From Patescibacteria group bacterium (GTDB lineage Bacteria > Patescibacteriota > Patescibacteriia > UBA10025 > JBIOWE01), in the NCBI GenBank assembly GCA_044868145.1, contig JBIOWE010000006.1, forward strand, positions 78,558 to 142,557: DNA of 64,000 bases, in the 5' to 3' direction. Shown here piece by piece: positions 33,916 to 43,928 of this stretch. The translations under genes were made by a program, and so were the position numbers. The notes beneath the pieces were generated by a model. That model saw nothing but the letters and a program-made list of their open reading frames with translations, was not told where the DNA came from and did no database searches. Position 1 is the first letter of the stretch, and the number at the start of each line of letters is the position of its first letter.

Positions 33916-35688
33916 TTATTTCTTCTTCTCGATTTCTTCTTTTACTGTGTCGGTAAACTTTTTGGTTGTAAAGGGTTTCGTATCTTTTGAACCGCGCATG
34001 CGCACGGCGAGCTGCTTGCTTTTCATTTCTTTGTCGCCAATCACGAGAATGTACGGTACTTTCTGCTGTTCGGCCTTGCGGATGCGATAGGACACGGTTT
34101 CGTTCGCGGTGTCCGCTTCGGCACGGATACCCTCGTCCTTCATTTGTTGCGCTAATTTTTCGGCATACTTCTCATGCGCCTTGCCCACACTCACAAGCTT
34201 CACTTGCACAGGTGAGAGCCAGACAGGAAGATTGCCAGCCGTGTGTTCGAGCAGAATACCAATGAAGCGTTCGAATGAACCGTAGATGGCACGGTGGATG
34301 ATGACTGGTCTTGCTTTGCTGCCATGCTCGTCGGTGTAATGGAGATCGAATCGCTCCGGCAACTGAAAGTCCAGCTGAATTGTGGCGACCTGCCATTCAC
34401 GGTTCAAGCTGTCCTTGATGACGATATCTACCTTTGGTCCGTAAAAAGCGCCTTCGCCTTTGCTGACTTTATACTCCAGCTTGTTGTTGTTCAGTGCTGT
34501 CGAAAGCACTTCTTCAGCTTTTTTCCAGTCTGATGCTTCGCCGAGGTGTCCTGCTGGCATTGTGGACAGCGTGAACGATGGTTTGAGCCCGAATACTTTG
34601 TACGTGGCGGTAACGAGCTTGAGAACGCCGGAAATTTCTTGCACGGCCTGGTCAAATCTGCAATAGATATGGGCGTCGTCCATGGTGATCTGTCGAACCC
34701 GGAATAAACCACCAAGCGCCCCGCTTACTTCGTTGCGATGCAATCGTCCGATTTCCGACAGCCGAAGTGGCAGGTCGCGATAGCTTCGCAGTTTACTCGC
34801 GTAGATGTATGTAGAATCTGGGCAGTTCATTGGCTTCACGCTATATGTCTCATCCCCTTGTTTTACGATGAACATATTGTCACGATAGTGTTGCCAATGG
34901 CCCGATTTTTCCCACAACTCCTTTTTGTTCAAAATAGGCGTTGAAGTTTCTTGATACCCGGCCTTTGCGTGCTCTTCACGCCAAAATTTTTCCAGTTCTT
35001 TAAAAATAATCATACCGTTCGGATGCCAGAACGGCGCGCCAGGAGCAACGGAATGAAAGCTAAAAAGATCAAGATCCACGCCGAGCTTGCGGTGATCTCG
35101 CTTCGTGACTTCTTCCATATATTTGAGGTAATCTTCAAGCTCCTGCTTTGTCGCAAACGCCACGCCATAGATACGGGTGAGCATCTTGTTTTTTTCGCTC
35201 CCGCGCCAGTACGCGCCTGCGACCCGCGTAAGCTTGAACGCGTTTGAGTCAATCTGTTGTGTATTGTCCACGTGGCCTCCTGCGCATAGATCCATAAACG
35301 AGCCGGTCGCGTAAACACTGACATGATCTTTCCCTGCGCGTTGCGTGCCGCTTTGTATTTCGCCATAGTCGGTTGTGCCTTTTTCTTTGAGATCACGAAT
35401 CAGTTCGAGCTTGAATGGTTGATCGTGAAAGAGCTCGCGCGCTTCGTCGATGGTTTTTTCCTGCCCAGCAAAACCGAGTCCTTGCTTCATGAGCCGACGC
35501 ATTTCCTTTTCAATTGCCGGTAAGTCCTCGGCGCTCAGAGGTTTTGGCAAGTCAAAATCGTAGTAAAACCCGTTTTCAATGGCAGGGCCAATGCCGAGCT
35601 TTACACCCGTATAGAATTTGAGCACGGCCGCGGCAAGTACATGCGCCAGCGAATGACGAATATGTTCAATTGGTATTGTCGTTTTCAT
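33916..35688 (-). CDS. thrS: Threonine--tRNA ligase
   Basis: RHSLAHVLA, GFYYDF, DLCAGGH, GAYWRG, RDHRKLG, KPMNCP, FYGPK, IHRAIYGSFERF. Confidence 0.99.
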   Translation of the reverse strand: MKTTIPIEHIRHSLAHVLAAAVLKFYTGVKLGIGPAIENGFYYDFDLPKPLSAEDLPAIEKEMRRLMKQGLGFAGQEKTIDEARELFHDQPFKLELIRDLKEKGTTDYGEIQSGTQRAGKDHVSVYATGSFMDLCAGGHVDNTQQIDSNAFKLTRVAGAYWRGSEKNKMLTRIYGVAFATKQELEDYLKYMEEVTKRDHRKLGVDLDLFSFHSVAPGAPFWHPNGMIIFKELEKFWREEHAKAGYQETSTPILNKKELWEKSGHWQHYRDNMFIVKQGDETYSVKPMNCPDSTYIYASKLRSYRDLPLRLSEIGRLHRNEVSGALGGLFRVRQITMDDAHIYCRFDQAVQEISGVLKLVTATYKVFGLKPSFTLSTMPAGHLGEASDWKKAEEVLSTALNNNKLEYKVSKGEGAFYGPKVDIVIKDSLNREWQVATIQLDFQLPERFDLHYTDEHGSKARPVIIHRAIYGSFERFIGILLEHTAGNLPVWLSPVQVKLVSVGKAHEKYAEKLAQQMKDEGIRAEADTANETVSYRIRKAEQQKVPYILVIGDKEMKSKQLAVRMRGSKDTKPFTTKKFTDTVKEEIEKKK

Positions 35689-36845
35689 TGCGAAAGAATG
35701 GTTTTGATTTCAATATGGTCGCTTAATGAAGGTGCGCGAGATACCCAAAACGGTGAAAAGTGAATGTCCACGGCTGAGACTTCGTCAAAGTCGGCGTAGA
35801 ACGTTTTGATCTCTTCGGTATTCAGTCCTTTAAGGCGCGCTTTTTCAAATAGAGCCGCCGTTTGCCCGGGAGTTTTCTTTCCTTCAAGGGTTACAAGTAA
35901 GGTGGCTGTTTGCTCATTTGCATTATACTCCTTTATCGAATAGTTGACTGCGGTTGAGGTGTTAAGCAGTTGTTCATCTTGGCGGATTTCCGCTTTGACG
36001 GTTTCCACACCTCGCGCCATAAGGTCGTCTCTATTCACGACGCAGGCAACCACCTTTGCGGTCAGCTCCATGGTAAAGTCTTGGGTTTCCTCGTTCGGCT
36101 CCGCGGACGATGTTTGTTTGATAACCTCGACCGTCATTGAAGCGAGCGGGATATCGACGGTTTGTCCTTGTCGCTTGAGCGCTGTTTCGATTTGCTCTTT
36201 TGCTTCTTTTTTGATTGACGATTCAAGCGTATCAGCCGCTGTTTTTAGATCGAGCGCCGTGATCACATGGGCGTTTTTTGTTCCGCCGGTCATGGCAGTA
36301 GACGATTCCGCAAATATTTTATCTTGAATGCCTGGCCAAAGCCCGGGGATCGTAAAACGGCTTGGCCCAATGTCTCCTTGTTTACCTTTTTGGTCCGCGT
36401 AGACGGCAATATTCTCCACCTTAGCACCCGCTGGGACAACTACATAGTTTTCAATGTGGAAGAGAACACCGTCGGACGAGAGTAGGCGAGTGGTCGCGGC
36501 GAGTTGCTGGTCTTGGGACCAGTTGTTGTAGATTGTCACAACACCTTCTGCTTGACCATCAATGGCAATCGCTTCCGAGGATGGGGTAAACGTTTCTGAT
36601 TGTGTGAGTTGTACTTGCTCAATTGATCCAGCCAGAACGGCATCGCGTTCGTCATCAGCCGGATTCTTTTTTACCTGAACGTCAAACGATGAAGTTACTG
36701 CCTTTGGTTTTATGGTGAGGGTAATGGTCGTTTTGGAAAAAGAAAAATACGCGATAAAGCCTAGCACAAAAACCGTGAGAATCGCAAATGCGACCACGAT
36801 TTTCTTATATGCGCTCGAGGTCGTGGTTTTTCCTATGCGATTCAT
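35685..36845 (-). CDS. Membrane-anchored hypothetical protein (baseplate-J-like beta domain, CPR type)
   Basis: N-terminal TM segment; G-x-VTIYN, TRL...G.LF, VPAG, MTGG and SPFW motifs. Confidence 0.7.
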   Translation of the reverse strand: MNRIGKTTTSSAYKKIVVAFAILTVFVLGFIAYFSFSKTTITLTIKPKAVTSSFDVQVKKNPADDERDAVLAGSIEQVQLTQSETFTPSSEAIAIDGQAEGVVTIYNNWSQDQQLAATTRLLSSDGVLFHIENYVVVPAGAKVENIAVYADQKGKQGDIGPSRFTIPGLWPGIQDKIFAESSTAMTGGTKNAHVITALDLKTAADTLESSIKKEAKEQIETALKRQGQTVDIPLASMTVEVIKQTSSAEPNEETQDFTMELTAKVVACVVNRDDLMARGVETVKAEIRQDEQLLNTSTAVNYSIKEYNANEQTATLLVTLEGKKTPGQTAALFEKARLKGLNTEEIKTFYADFDEVSAVDIHFSPFWVSRAPSLSDHIEIKTILSQ

Positions 36846-39800
36846 ACTGATCTTCCATTCGACGCAAGCAGACTTTCTTCGCCAAGCAGTTTTTTTACCG
36901 ACTGGATGCAGGCTTCATCGATGGAGAAATTTGTGGCAATCAACCTCGAAGACTGATCTCTATCAATTTTGAGGCGTACTTTGTATGGACCGGGATGCTC
37001 CACGAACATGGCTTTGAGCCTTGCCATAAGGTCCTGCCCGACGTTTTCCCGCAGGTGCACGGTTATGGTGTTTGTCACGTCGGTTTGTTGATGCGTTCGC
37101 ATCGTTTGTAAATCAAGTGGCCGAGCAGCGTTGGCAATGACTTTTATTTCGCCGTCTTTGTCGGATAATTTTCCCTCGATAATGACGAGGGCGTCTTCCA
37201 GCCACAGCGACGGATTTTCTTTCAGGATGCTTGGAAAAACAAGCACTTCAATCCTGCTTGAGGTGTCTTCCAATTTCACAAAGAGCATTGGCTCGTTCGA
37301 TCGAGTAATAATCCGTTGGATTTGTGTGATAATGCCAGCGATCTTCAGAGGTCTCATCGTACCGGCCTGATGCCGAATTTCGGCAATGGGAGTCACGGTT
37401 TGTTTCAGAGCCTCTGCGTATTCTTGGAGCGGATGGTCGGAAATATACAACCCGAGATATTCTTTCTCCCAGCGCAGCATTTCGAATTTGGATGCCGGAT
37501 CGGTCTGCCGCAATTTTAGTCGCGGCGCATGGGACACCGGCGTGTGCGCAAACAAGCTGACTTGGTTGCTATCCACCGCTTTTTGCGAGTTTTTTACATG
37601 GGCGAGCAACACGTCCAGATTTTCGAGTAATTCATTTTGCTCGCCAAACTGGGCAAGCGCACCGGATTTGATCAAGCTCTCGAGCGATTTTTTGTTCATG
37701 TCCTTGGATTTGATACGCGTGAGAAAATCCTCAAGACTGTTGTATGGACCGTTTGCTTTTCGTTCCCGAATAATTTCTTTTGCGATGTTCGTACCGATGT
37801 TTTTGATTGCCATCAAGCCAAAGCGAATCGTATTGACCGGTATTTTCTTTTCCTGATCAAACACCGAGGTAAATGTTGAAAAGCTCTCATTAATGTCTGG
37901 CGGAAGGACTCGGATGCCCATGTCCTCGCATTCGTTTACCTCGATGGCGATGCGATCCATGTCTCCGTAATCCGAGGTGAGGAGGGAGGCCATGAATTCA
38001 TTCGGGTAATTCGCTTTGAAATAGGCGGTTTGATAGGCGATCAGTGCGTAACAGGCAGCGTGAGCCCTGTTGAATCCGTAGCGTGCGAATGGTTCGATGA
38101 ATTTGAAAATCTTTTCCGCCGTCGTTCTCGGTATTTTATTTTTGACGCATCCATCGATGAACTTATCTTTTTGTTCTTTGAGCAATTTCGCAATTTTTTT
38201 ACCAACCGCCTTACGCAGCACGTCGGCCTCCGCATAGGTGAATCCCGCAAGTTCACGCGCGATTTCCATGATTTGCTCTTGGTACACAATGACGCCGTAC
38301 GTTTTTTCGAGTATTGGTTTCAGCGCGGGGTGCACATAACTCATCTCCCGTCTTTTATGCTTGCCTGCGATGAAGTCCGGGATGAATTCCATTGGGCCTG
38401 GGCGATACAGGGAAACCATGGCGATAATGTCTTCGAGGGACGTGGGTTTGAGTTGGCTCAAATATCGCTTCATGCCTGACGATTCGAGTTGAAACACGCC
38501 AGTTGTTTTTCCTGCTTGGAGCAGCGCAAACGTGCGCTCGTCGTTCAACGAAATCGTGTCGATATCTATTTTTTTGCCGTGGGTTTTTTCGATTATTTCG
38601 ATAGTGTTTTCAAGAATCGTCAGGTTTTTTAATCCGAGAAAGTCCATTTTCAAAAGACCCAGATCTTCGATTGCGTGAAGCGAATATTGCGTAATGATGA
38701 TCCGCTCGTCCTGCGCGGCGTATTGTACCGGAACGTATTCGTCCAGCGGTTTTTGCGTAATCACAACACCGCACGCATGCGTTGATGCGTGGCGAACGAC
38801 GCCTTCGAGTTTTTTCGCCTGATCGAGCAATTTTCGTCCGTTGGCATCATGTTCGTAAATTTCTTTCATCTCCGGTATCGTTGCGAGCGCCTTGTCCAGC
38901 GTCGTGAACATAGGGATGAGCTTCGCTATTTTGTCGCAATAGGCATACGGATAGTCCAATACTCGGCCGACATCGCGCACGACGACGCGCGCCGCCATCG
39001 TGCCAAATGTAATGATCTGCGCTACGTGGTCTTTGCCGTATTTTTCTTCGACGTAACGGATTACCTCGTCCCGTCGCGTGTCAGTGAAGTCCAAGTCAAT
39101 GTCAGGCATTGAGATACGATCCGGATTCAAAAACCGTTCAAACAGCAAGTCATACTGAATCGGATCTATATTTGTGATATTCAGGAGGTACGACACGATG
39201 CTGCCGGCTGCAGAGCCGCGTCCCGGGCCAACAACAATGTTCCGGGTTTTTGCCCAGGCCACAAAATCGTGGACGATGAGAAAATATGGGGCAAAACCCG
39301 TGCGCTCGATAACGCTTAATTCATAGGCGAGGCGCTCTTGGAGCTGTTCATCTCTTGCTTTGCCGGGATATCGCTTCGATAGCCCCTTTTCGCACAGTTC
39401 TTGCAAGTAAGCATCGGCACTTTTGCCGTTGGGCACGGTAAAATGGGGGAGGGTTAGTTTGCCGAGTTCAATTTCAACGGTGCAACGTTCAGCAATTTTG
39501 ACGGAATTTTCAAGCGCTTCCGGGTGTTCGTGAAAGAGTCGAGCCATTTCGTCGGGTGTTCGGAGGGAAAAATTCTCGCCCAAGTAAGACATTCGGTCCT
39601 TATCGCTTTTTTTGCGTTTCGTTTGCAAACAGAGAAGAATGTCTTGCGCTTCTGCGTCTTCCTCTTCCAGGTAGTGGACATCGTTTGTTGCAACCAACGG
39701 GATGCCAAGCTTTTTACTCATGATCGCCAATTGTTGGTTGATTTCCATTTGATGCGGCACGCTTGGGTGATGCTGCATCTCGAGATAAAAATTGTCCTTC

Positions 39801-40300
39801 CCGAAAATTTCTTGATAGCGCAGTGCGGCTTGCTCCGCTTTATCTGCGTTGCCCGCGATAATCGCTTGGGCGATTTCGCCTTGTAGGCATGCGGACGTCG
39901 CGATGATTCCTTCAGCGTGCTTGGCGAGGAATTCGTGGTCGACGCGCGGCCGATAATAATAACCCCGAAGATGGGCGGCAGTTGTTATTTTAATCAGATT
40001 CTGATAGCCTGTAAGATTTTTCGCGAGCAAGATGATGTGATACGGACGATCGTCAACTCTTGCCCGCTTCATTTCCATGCCATTTCGCGCAAGGTACGCT
40101 TCGCAACCAATTATCGGTTTGATCCCGGCTTTTTTCGCCTTTTGATAAAATTCAATAGCGCCGTGCATCACACCGTGATCGGTGAGTGCAACGGCCTTCA
40201 TGTTTTTCCGTGCGACGTTTTCGATCAGCCGATCGATGGTTGGCAGACCGTCCAACAAACTGTAGTGGCTATGGACATGGAGATGGACAAAACCCTTCAT
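36842..40300 (-). CDS. dnaE: DNA polymerase III alpha subunit
   Basis: FVHLHVHSHYSLLDG PHP domain, GPGRGSAAGS, FERFLNPDRISMPDIDLDF, LLKMDFLGL, YGFNRAHA; start at MKGFVHL. Confidence 0.99.
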   Translation of the reverse strand: MKGFVHLHVHSHYSLLDGLPTIDRLIENVARKNMKAVALTDHGVMHGAIEFYQKAKKAGIKPIIGCEAYLARNGMEMKRARVDDRPYHIILLAKNLTGYQNLIKITTAAHLRGYYYRPRVDHEFLAKHAEGIIATSACLQGEIAQAIIAGNADKAEQAALRYQEIFGKDNFYLEMQHHPSVPHQMEINQQLAIMSKKLGIPLVATNDVHYLEEEDAEAQDILLCLQTKRKKSDKDRMSYLGENFSLRTPDEMARLFHEHPEALENSVKIAERCTVEIELGKLTLPHFTVPNGKSADAYLQELCEKGLSKRYPGKARDEQLQERLAYELSVIERTGFAPYFLIVHDFVAWAKTRNIVVGPGRGSAAGSIVSYLLNITNIDPIQYDLLFERFLNPDRISMPDIDLDFTDTRRDEVIRYVEEKYGKDHVAQIITFGTMAARVVVRDVGRVLDYPYAYCDKIAKLIPMFTTLDKALATIPEMKEIYEHDANGRKLLDQAKKLEGVVRHASTHACGVVITQKPLDEYVPVQYAAQDERIIITQYSLHAIEDLGLLKMDFLGLKNLTILENTIEIIEKTHGKKIDIDTISLNDERTFALLQAGKTTGVFQLESSGMKRYLSQLKPTSLEDIIAMVSLYRPGPMEFIPDFIAGKHKRREMSYVHPALKPILEKTYGVIVYQEQIMEIARELAGFTYAEADVLRKAVGKKIAKLLKEQKDKFIDGCVKNKIPRTTAEKIFKFIEPFARYGFNRAHAACYALIAYQTAYFKANYPNEFMASLLTSDYGDMDRIAIEVNECEDMGIRVLPPDINESFSTFTSVFDQEKKIPVNTIRFGLMAIKNIGTNIAKEIIRERKANGPYNSLEDFLTRIKSKDMNKKSLESLIKSGALAQFGEQNELLENLDVLLAHVKNSQKAVDSNQVSLFAHTPVSHAPRLKLRQTDPASKFEMLRWEKEYLGLYISDHPLQEYAEALKQTVTPIAEIRHQAGTMRPLKIAGIITQIQRIITRSNEPMLFVKLEDTSSRIEVLVFPSILKENPSLWLEDALVIIEGKLSDKDGEIKVIANAARPLDLQTMRTHQQTDVTNTITVHLRENVGQDLMARLKAMFVEHPGPYKVRLKIDRDQSSRLIATNFSIDEACIQSVKKLLGEESLLASNGRSV

Positions 40301-40313
40301 TGGTGGATACAAA

Positions 40314-40643
40314 TCATGAGCGCGCTTTTTTTTGGTTTTGCACGGATTGTTTTTTTTCTTTGCGCTTCTTGAAAAATTCAAACAAATCCGTGATGCCTTT
40401 CATCACAAGCGGCAGGTAGGTGGCCGAATGTTTGATTTTTTCTTCAATGGAAAGGAAGAGCGCTTCTAATCGTTTTAATTGGTCTTTCAAGGAAGCCATG
40501 AACTCACGCACGTCATTGACCACCTCATTCATTCTTTTGAGCATCATGACAATGTAATAGAGCGCCCACGCGAAAAAAAAGGTCAGTATTATAATGGCGC
40601 CAGCAATGACGAGAAAAAGCACGTCTTTTGTGGTTTCTATCAT
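40314..40643 (-). CDS. Hypothetical TM plus coiled-coil protein
   Basis: TKDVLFLVIA TM segment followed by an amphipathic helix. Confidence 0.75.
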   Translation of the reverse strand: MIETTKDVLFLVIAGAIIILTFFFAWALYYIVMMLKRMNEVVNDVREFMASLKDQLKRLEALFLSIEEKIKHSATYLPLVMKGITDLFEFFKKRKEKKQSVQNQKKARS

Positions 40644-40792
40644 AAAAAGAAATTCCTTGCGATTTCGCGGCTCAGCGAAACCGATTTAGTTATAAAAATC
40701 GATTTTATTATACCACAAGCTCGTGGGTCCGCAAAATCTTATTGAATGAAACGCGTGCCTTGTGATATGATAAGGGCAAATACTTTGATTGT

Positions 40793-41617
40793 ATGGCTGA
40801 CGGAAAGGACATTTGGCTCAAAGTGAACTATTGGCGGCTCGCCCACGCAAAGGAGTTGATGCGATGGTGGGTCATAGTTTTTTTGGCGATTGACGTTTTT
40901 GTTGTTGTGTTCGCTGCCACAAATGTGGGTGTGTATCTTTTGACGTCTCGGCGAAACGCAGCGTTGATTCTCTCGATACGCGATGATCACGTTGCATATC
41001 AGCAGCTGCGGAATCAGCTGGCTCCGCAGCAGTTGCAGGTGGGCAACGCGCAAGTGCTGGCTTCCGGACCCGGCACATACGACATCTTGACGCGCATTGA
41101 GAATCCTAACACCCAGTGGGCCGCCTCGAAGGTTGGATACACCGTCAGCGTTGACGGCGCACAAGTCGCGGAGGGCGACACCTATGCACTTGCCGGACGC
41201 ACCGCGTACGTTCCGATATTCGCCGTGCAGTCAAAAAGTAAACCAAACTCCGTGCAGTTCGCTATTACGAATATTACATGGCAACGGGTGACGAGCGGCG
41301 TCAGCGCGATACTCGACGATTTCAAAGTGCGGGACGCAGCTTATGTTACTCACGCGATATCAACGGGCGGGACTTCTGGTTCGGTTACCGCCACCGTACG
41401 CAACCAAGGCGTGCACAGTTTTTGGCGGGCTCGTTTCGTTGTTTTACTTTTGAACGGTTCGACGATCGTTGGCGTGCGACAGGTGTACATTGAACAATTT
41501 CGTTCGTTGGCCGATCGTCCGTTAAACGTTGTTTGGACGTCCGCGCCCTCTGGCGCTTCGCAGGTGCAAATCATTCCCGACGTGAATGTGCTGGACAAGG
41601 AGAATTTCATGGAATGA
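40793..41617 (+). CDS. Membrane-anchored hypothetical protein with beta-sandwich domains
   Basis: TM segment near the N-terminus, IENPN motif, beta-rich; stop overlaps the rodA start. Confidence 0.75.
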   Translation: MADGKDIWLKVNYWRLAHAKELMRWWVIVFLAIDVFVVVFAATNVGVYLLTSRRNAALILSIRDDHVAYQQLRNQLAPQQLQVGNAQVLASGPGTYDILTRIENPNTQWAASKVGYTVSVDGAQVAEGDTYALAGRTAYVPIFAVQSKSKPNSVQFAITNITWQRVTSGVSAILDDFKVRDAAYVTHAISTGGTSGSVTATVRNQGVHSFWRARFVVLLLNGSTIVGVRQVYIEQFRSLADRPLNVVWTSAPSGASQVQIIPDVNVLDKENFME

Positions 41618-42729
41618 CCCTGCCTTTCACTTATCTCAGAAAAATCGATTGGATTTTGATTGGATGTACCCTCTTGCTCCTCGCGGTAAGTCTTATCACT
41701 CTTTTTAGTGTGGCGCAGGCGCAAGAGACACCGGATTTTTCCACGTTCACCAAGCAGCTCATCGTGGTTGGGGTCGGTTTATTGTTGCTTTTTGGAGTGA
41801 GCATGGTGAATTATCAAGTATTCCAAACGTTTGGATACTTTTTTTATGGCCTGGGCTTGGTATTTCTGCTTGCGGTACTTTTCTTTGGAACGGAAATCCG
41901 CGGGACCCAAGGTTGGTTTTTTTTGTTTAGCGATCTCGGCATACAGCCCGTCGAGTTTGCGAAGCTTGCCCTGATTATTGTGTTGGCAAAAGTATTTGCG
42001 CAATGGGACGGACTACAGCATCCTCTAAAACCGGTCATTGTGGGCGCCGGACTGACGGCTGTGTATATTTTCCTCGTACTCTTTCAACCTGATTTTGGTT
42101 CCGCCCTTATTTTGTTAATTACGTTTCTTGGCATGCTTTTTTTGACGAACATTAAGAAACGCACGATTTTTCTTGTCCTGGTCGGTTTGGTCATTCTCGG
42201 AACGCTCGGCGCCCTGTTCTTTTTGCAGGATTTTCAGAAAGAACGCATATTAACGTTTTTAGAGCCCAGTCGCGATCCGTATGGAAGCGGATACAATTTG
42301 CAGCAGTCAATTATCGCTATTGGTTCAGGCCAGATCTTTGGTCGCGGTCTCGGCCTTGGGTCGCAAAGCCGACTTAATTTTTTACCTTCCCAGCAAACAG
42401 ACTTTATTTTTGCCGTTATCGCGGAGGCATTCGGTTTGATCGGCGTGTTACTGATTTTGATTCTTTTTGGCGTGCTTGCTTTTCGAGTTGTTCGAGCGGC
42501 GCGGTTCGGCAGGGACGATTTCGGCGTCTATGTGACGAGCGGATTTCTTATTATGATCCTTTCTCAAACCATCATTAACATTGGCGGAAACCTTGGTTTG
42601 CTGCCCATCACGGGGCTGCCGCTGCCTTTCGTCAGCGCAGGCGGGAGTTCGCTCTTGGTCAGCCTGATTGGCCTTGGGATTGTGCAGAGTGTCTTTTCCA
42701 GGCGTGTGAGCATTCACCCAACGGTATAA
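41614..42729 (+). CDS. rodA: Rod shape-determining protein RodA (SEDS family)
   Basis: IQPVEFAK, QPDFGSA, DPYGSGYNLQQSIIAIGSG, TDFIFAVIAE, PITGLPLPFVSAGGSS. Confidence 0.95.
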   Translation: MTLPFTYLRKIDWILIGCTLLLLAVSLITLFSVAQAQETPDFSTFTKQLIVVGVGLLLLFGVSMVNYQVFQTFGYFFYGLGLVFLLAVLFFGTEIRGTQGWFFLFSDLGIQPVEFAKLALIIVLAKVFAQWDGLQHPLKPVIVGAGLTAVYIFLVLFQPDFGSALILLITFLGMLFLTNIKKRTIFLVLVGLVILGTLGALFFLQDFQKERILTFLEPSRDPYGSGYNLQQSIIAIGSGQIFGRGLGLGSQSRLNFLPSQQTDFIFAVIAEAFGLIGVLLILILFGVLAFRVVRAARFGRDDFGVYVTSGFLIMILSQTIINIGGNLGLLPITGLPLPFVSAGGSSLLVSLIGLGIVQSVFSRRVSIHPTV

Positions 42730-42733
42730 GGGC

Positions 42734-42763
42734 TTGACAACACGCACGATTTTCATGTATACT
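42734..42763 (+). promoter_or_regulatory. Sigma70-type promoter
   Basis: TTGACA-18 nt-TATACT. Confidence 0.55.
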
Positions 42764-42795
42764 ATACGCAGGATGAACATTTTATTCGTGCATCA

Positions 42796-43128
42796 ATGAT
42801 CGCACCAAGAGGACAATCGTGGAACCGGTTTTCGCTTGACGGTTTGCGCATTATTTCCTATTGCCCGCTATGCAATGCGCATTTTAGTCCGTTTGATGCA
42901 AATGTTGTGGAAGAAGAAGGAGACTCGCATCTTATTCATATTATTTGTCGACGATGCTCGAGCTCCATTTTGATGCTCGTCTTGACCGGTGAGCTGGGGG
43001 TAAGCACCGTGGGCCTCGTGACTGATCTATCCGCCGACGAAATCTTTCGCTTGAAAGACGATGAATCAGTGAGGGTGGACGACGTCCTGGCGGTCCACGA
43101 ATATTTGCGTCAGCCCGTGCTAACATAG
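42796..43128 (+). CDS. Hypothetical zinc-ribbon protein
   Basis: CPLC...HIICRRC, then TDL...DDVLAVHEYL. Confidence 0.75.
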   Translation: MIAPRGQSWNRFSLDGLRIISYCPLCNAHFSPFDANVVEEEGDSHLIHIICRRCSSSILMLVLTGELGVSTVGLVTDLSADEIFRLKDDESVRVDDVLAVHEYLRQPVLT

Positions 43129-43178
43129 CAGAGGACACAACCAGGGAGGCCTGATCTATTTTTTTGTTTATAAAACGG

Positions 43179-43892
43179 ATGAAACTTCAGTTGCAAGCAC
43201 AAACTCGTAAGGCAAAAGGCAAACAGCTTGCCAAATTTCGAAAAGCCGGCACCGTTCCTGCGGTACTGTATGGTCATGGCATGAAATCCGTGTCGCTTGC
43301 CGTCGCGTATAGCCCATTTGAAAAAGTGTACCGTGAAGCCGGCGGCAGCAGCCTTATCGACATTGAGGTAGATAACGGTAAACCCGTCAAAGCCTTAATC
43401 CAGGACGTACAACGCGATCCGCTTTCCGGAAAGTTCCTCCATGTCGATTTTCACGCAGTACGAATGACCGAGAAAATCAATACCGAAGTAGTACTTAAAT
43501 TTACCGGTGAATCAAAAGCAGTGAAGGAGCTTGGAGGTATTTTGGTAAAAAATCTTGATGAGGTGAAAGTTTCGTGCCTGCCTAGCGATCTTGTTCATGA
43601 AATTGAAATTGACATTTCGCGCCTCACAACATTCGAAGATCAAATTCGTATTCGTGATTTGCGTGTACCCACCGGCATTGAGATTAAGGAAAAGCCCGAG
43701 GAAGTTGTGGTGCTTGTCCAGCCGCCTCGAACGGAAGAGGAACTGAAAGAACTTGAACAAACGGTGGTTGAAGACGTGCAGCAAGTTGAGAAGGTAGAGA
43801 AGGAAAAGAAGGAGGAGGAAGCCGAAGAAACTGCGGAAGAGGTGCCTAAGCAAGAAGAAAAGAAAGACGCTAAGGCGTCCGGCGCAAAGTGA
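43179..43892 (+). CDS. rplY: 50S ribosomal protein L25 / CTC form
   Basis: VPAVLYGHG, QRDPL...HVDFH, GESKAVKELGG, acidic tail. Confidence 0.97.
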   Translation: MKLQLQAQTRKAKGKQLAKFRKAGTVPAVLYGHGMKSVSLAVAYSPFEKVYREAGGSSLIDIEVDNGKPVKALIQDVQRDPLSGKFLHVDFHAVRMTEKINTEVVLKFTGESKAVKELGGILVKNLDEVKVSCLPSDLVHEIEIDISRLTTFEDQIRIRDLRVPTGIEIKEKPEEVVVLVQPPRTEEELKELEQTVVEDVQQVEKVEKEKKEEEAEETAEEVPKQEEKKDAKASGAK

Positions 43893-43928
43893 TCCATCCT
43901 TGCTTCATGTCTCATTCTTCATGACGAT

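Noticed and set aside
35685-36845. Prophage or contractile-tail locus suggested by the baseplate-J-like protein
   Set aside because: It is a single membrane-anchored gene coupled between dnaE and thrS, with no other phage genes nearby.
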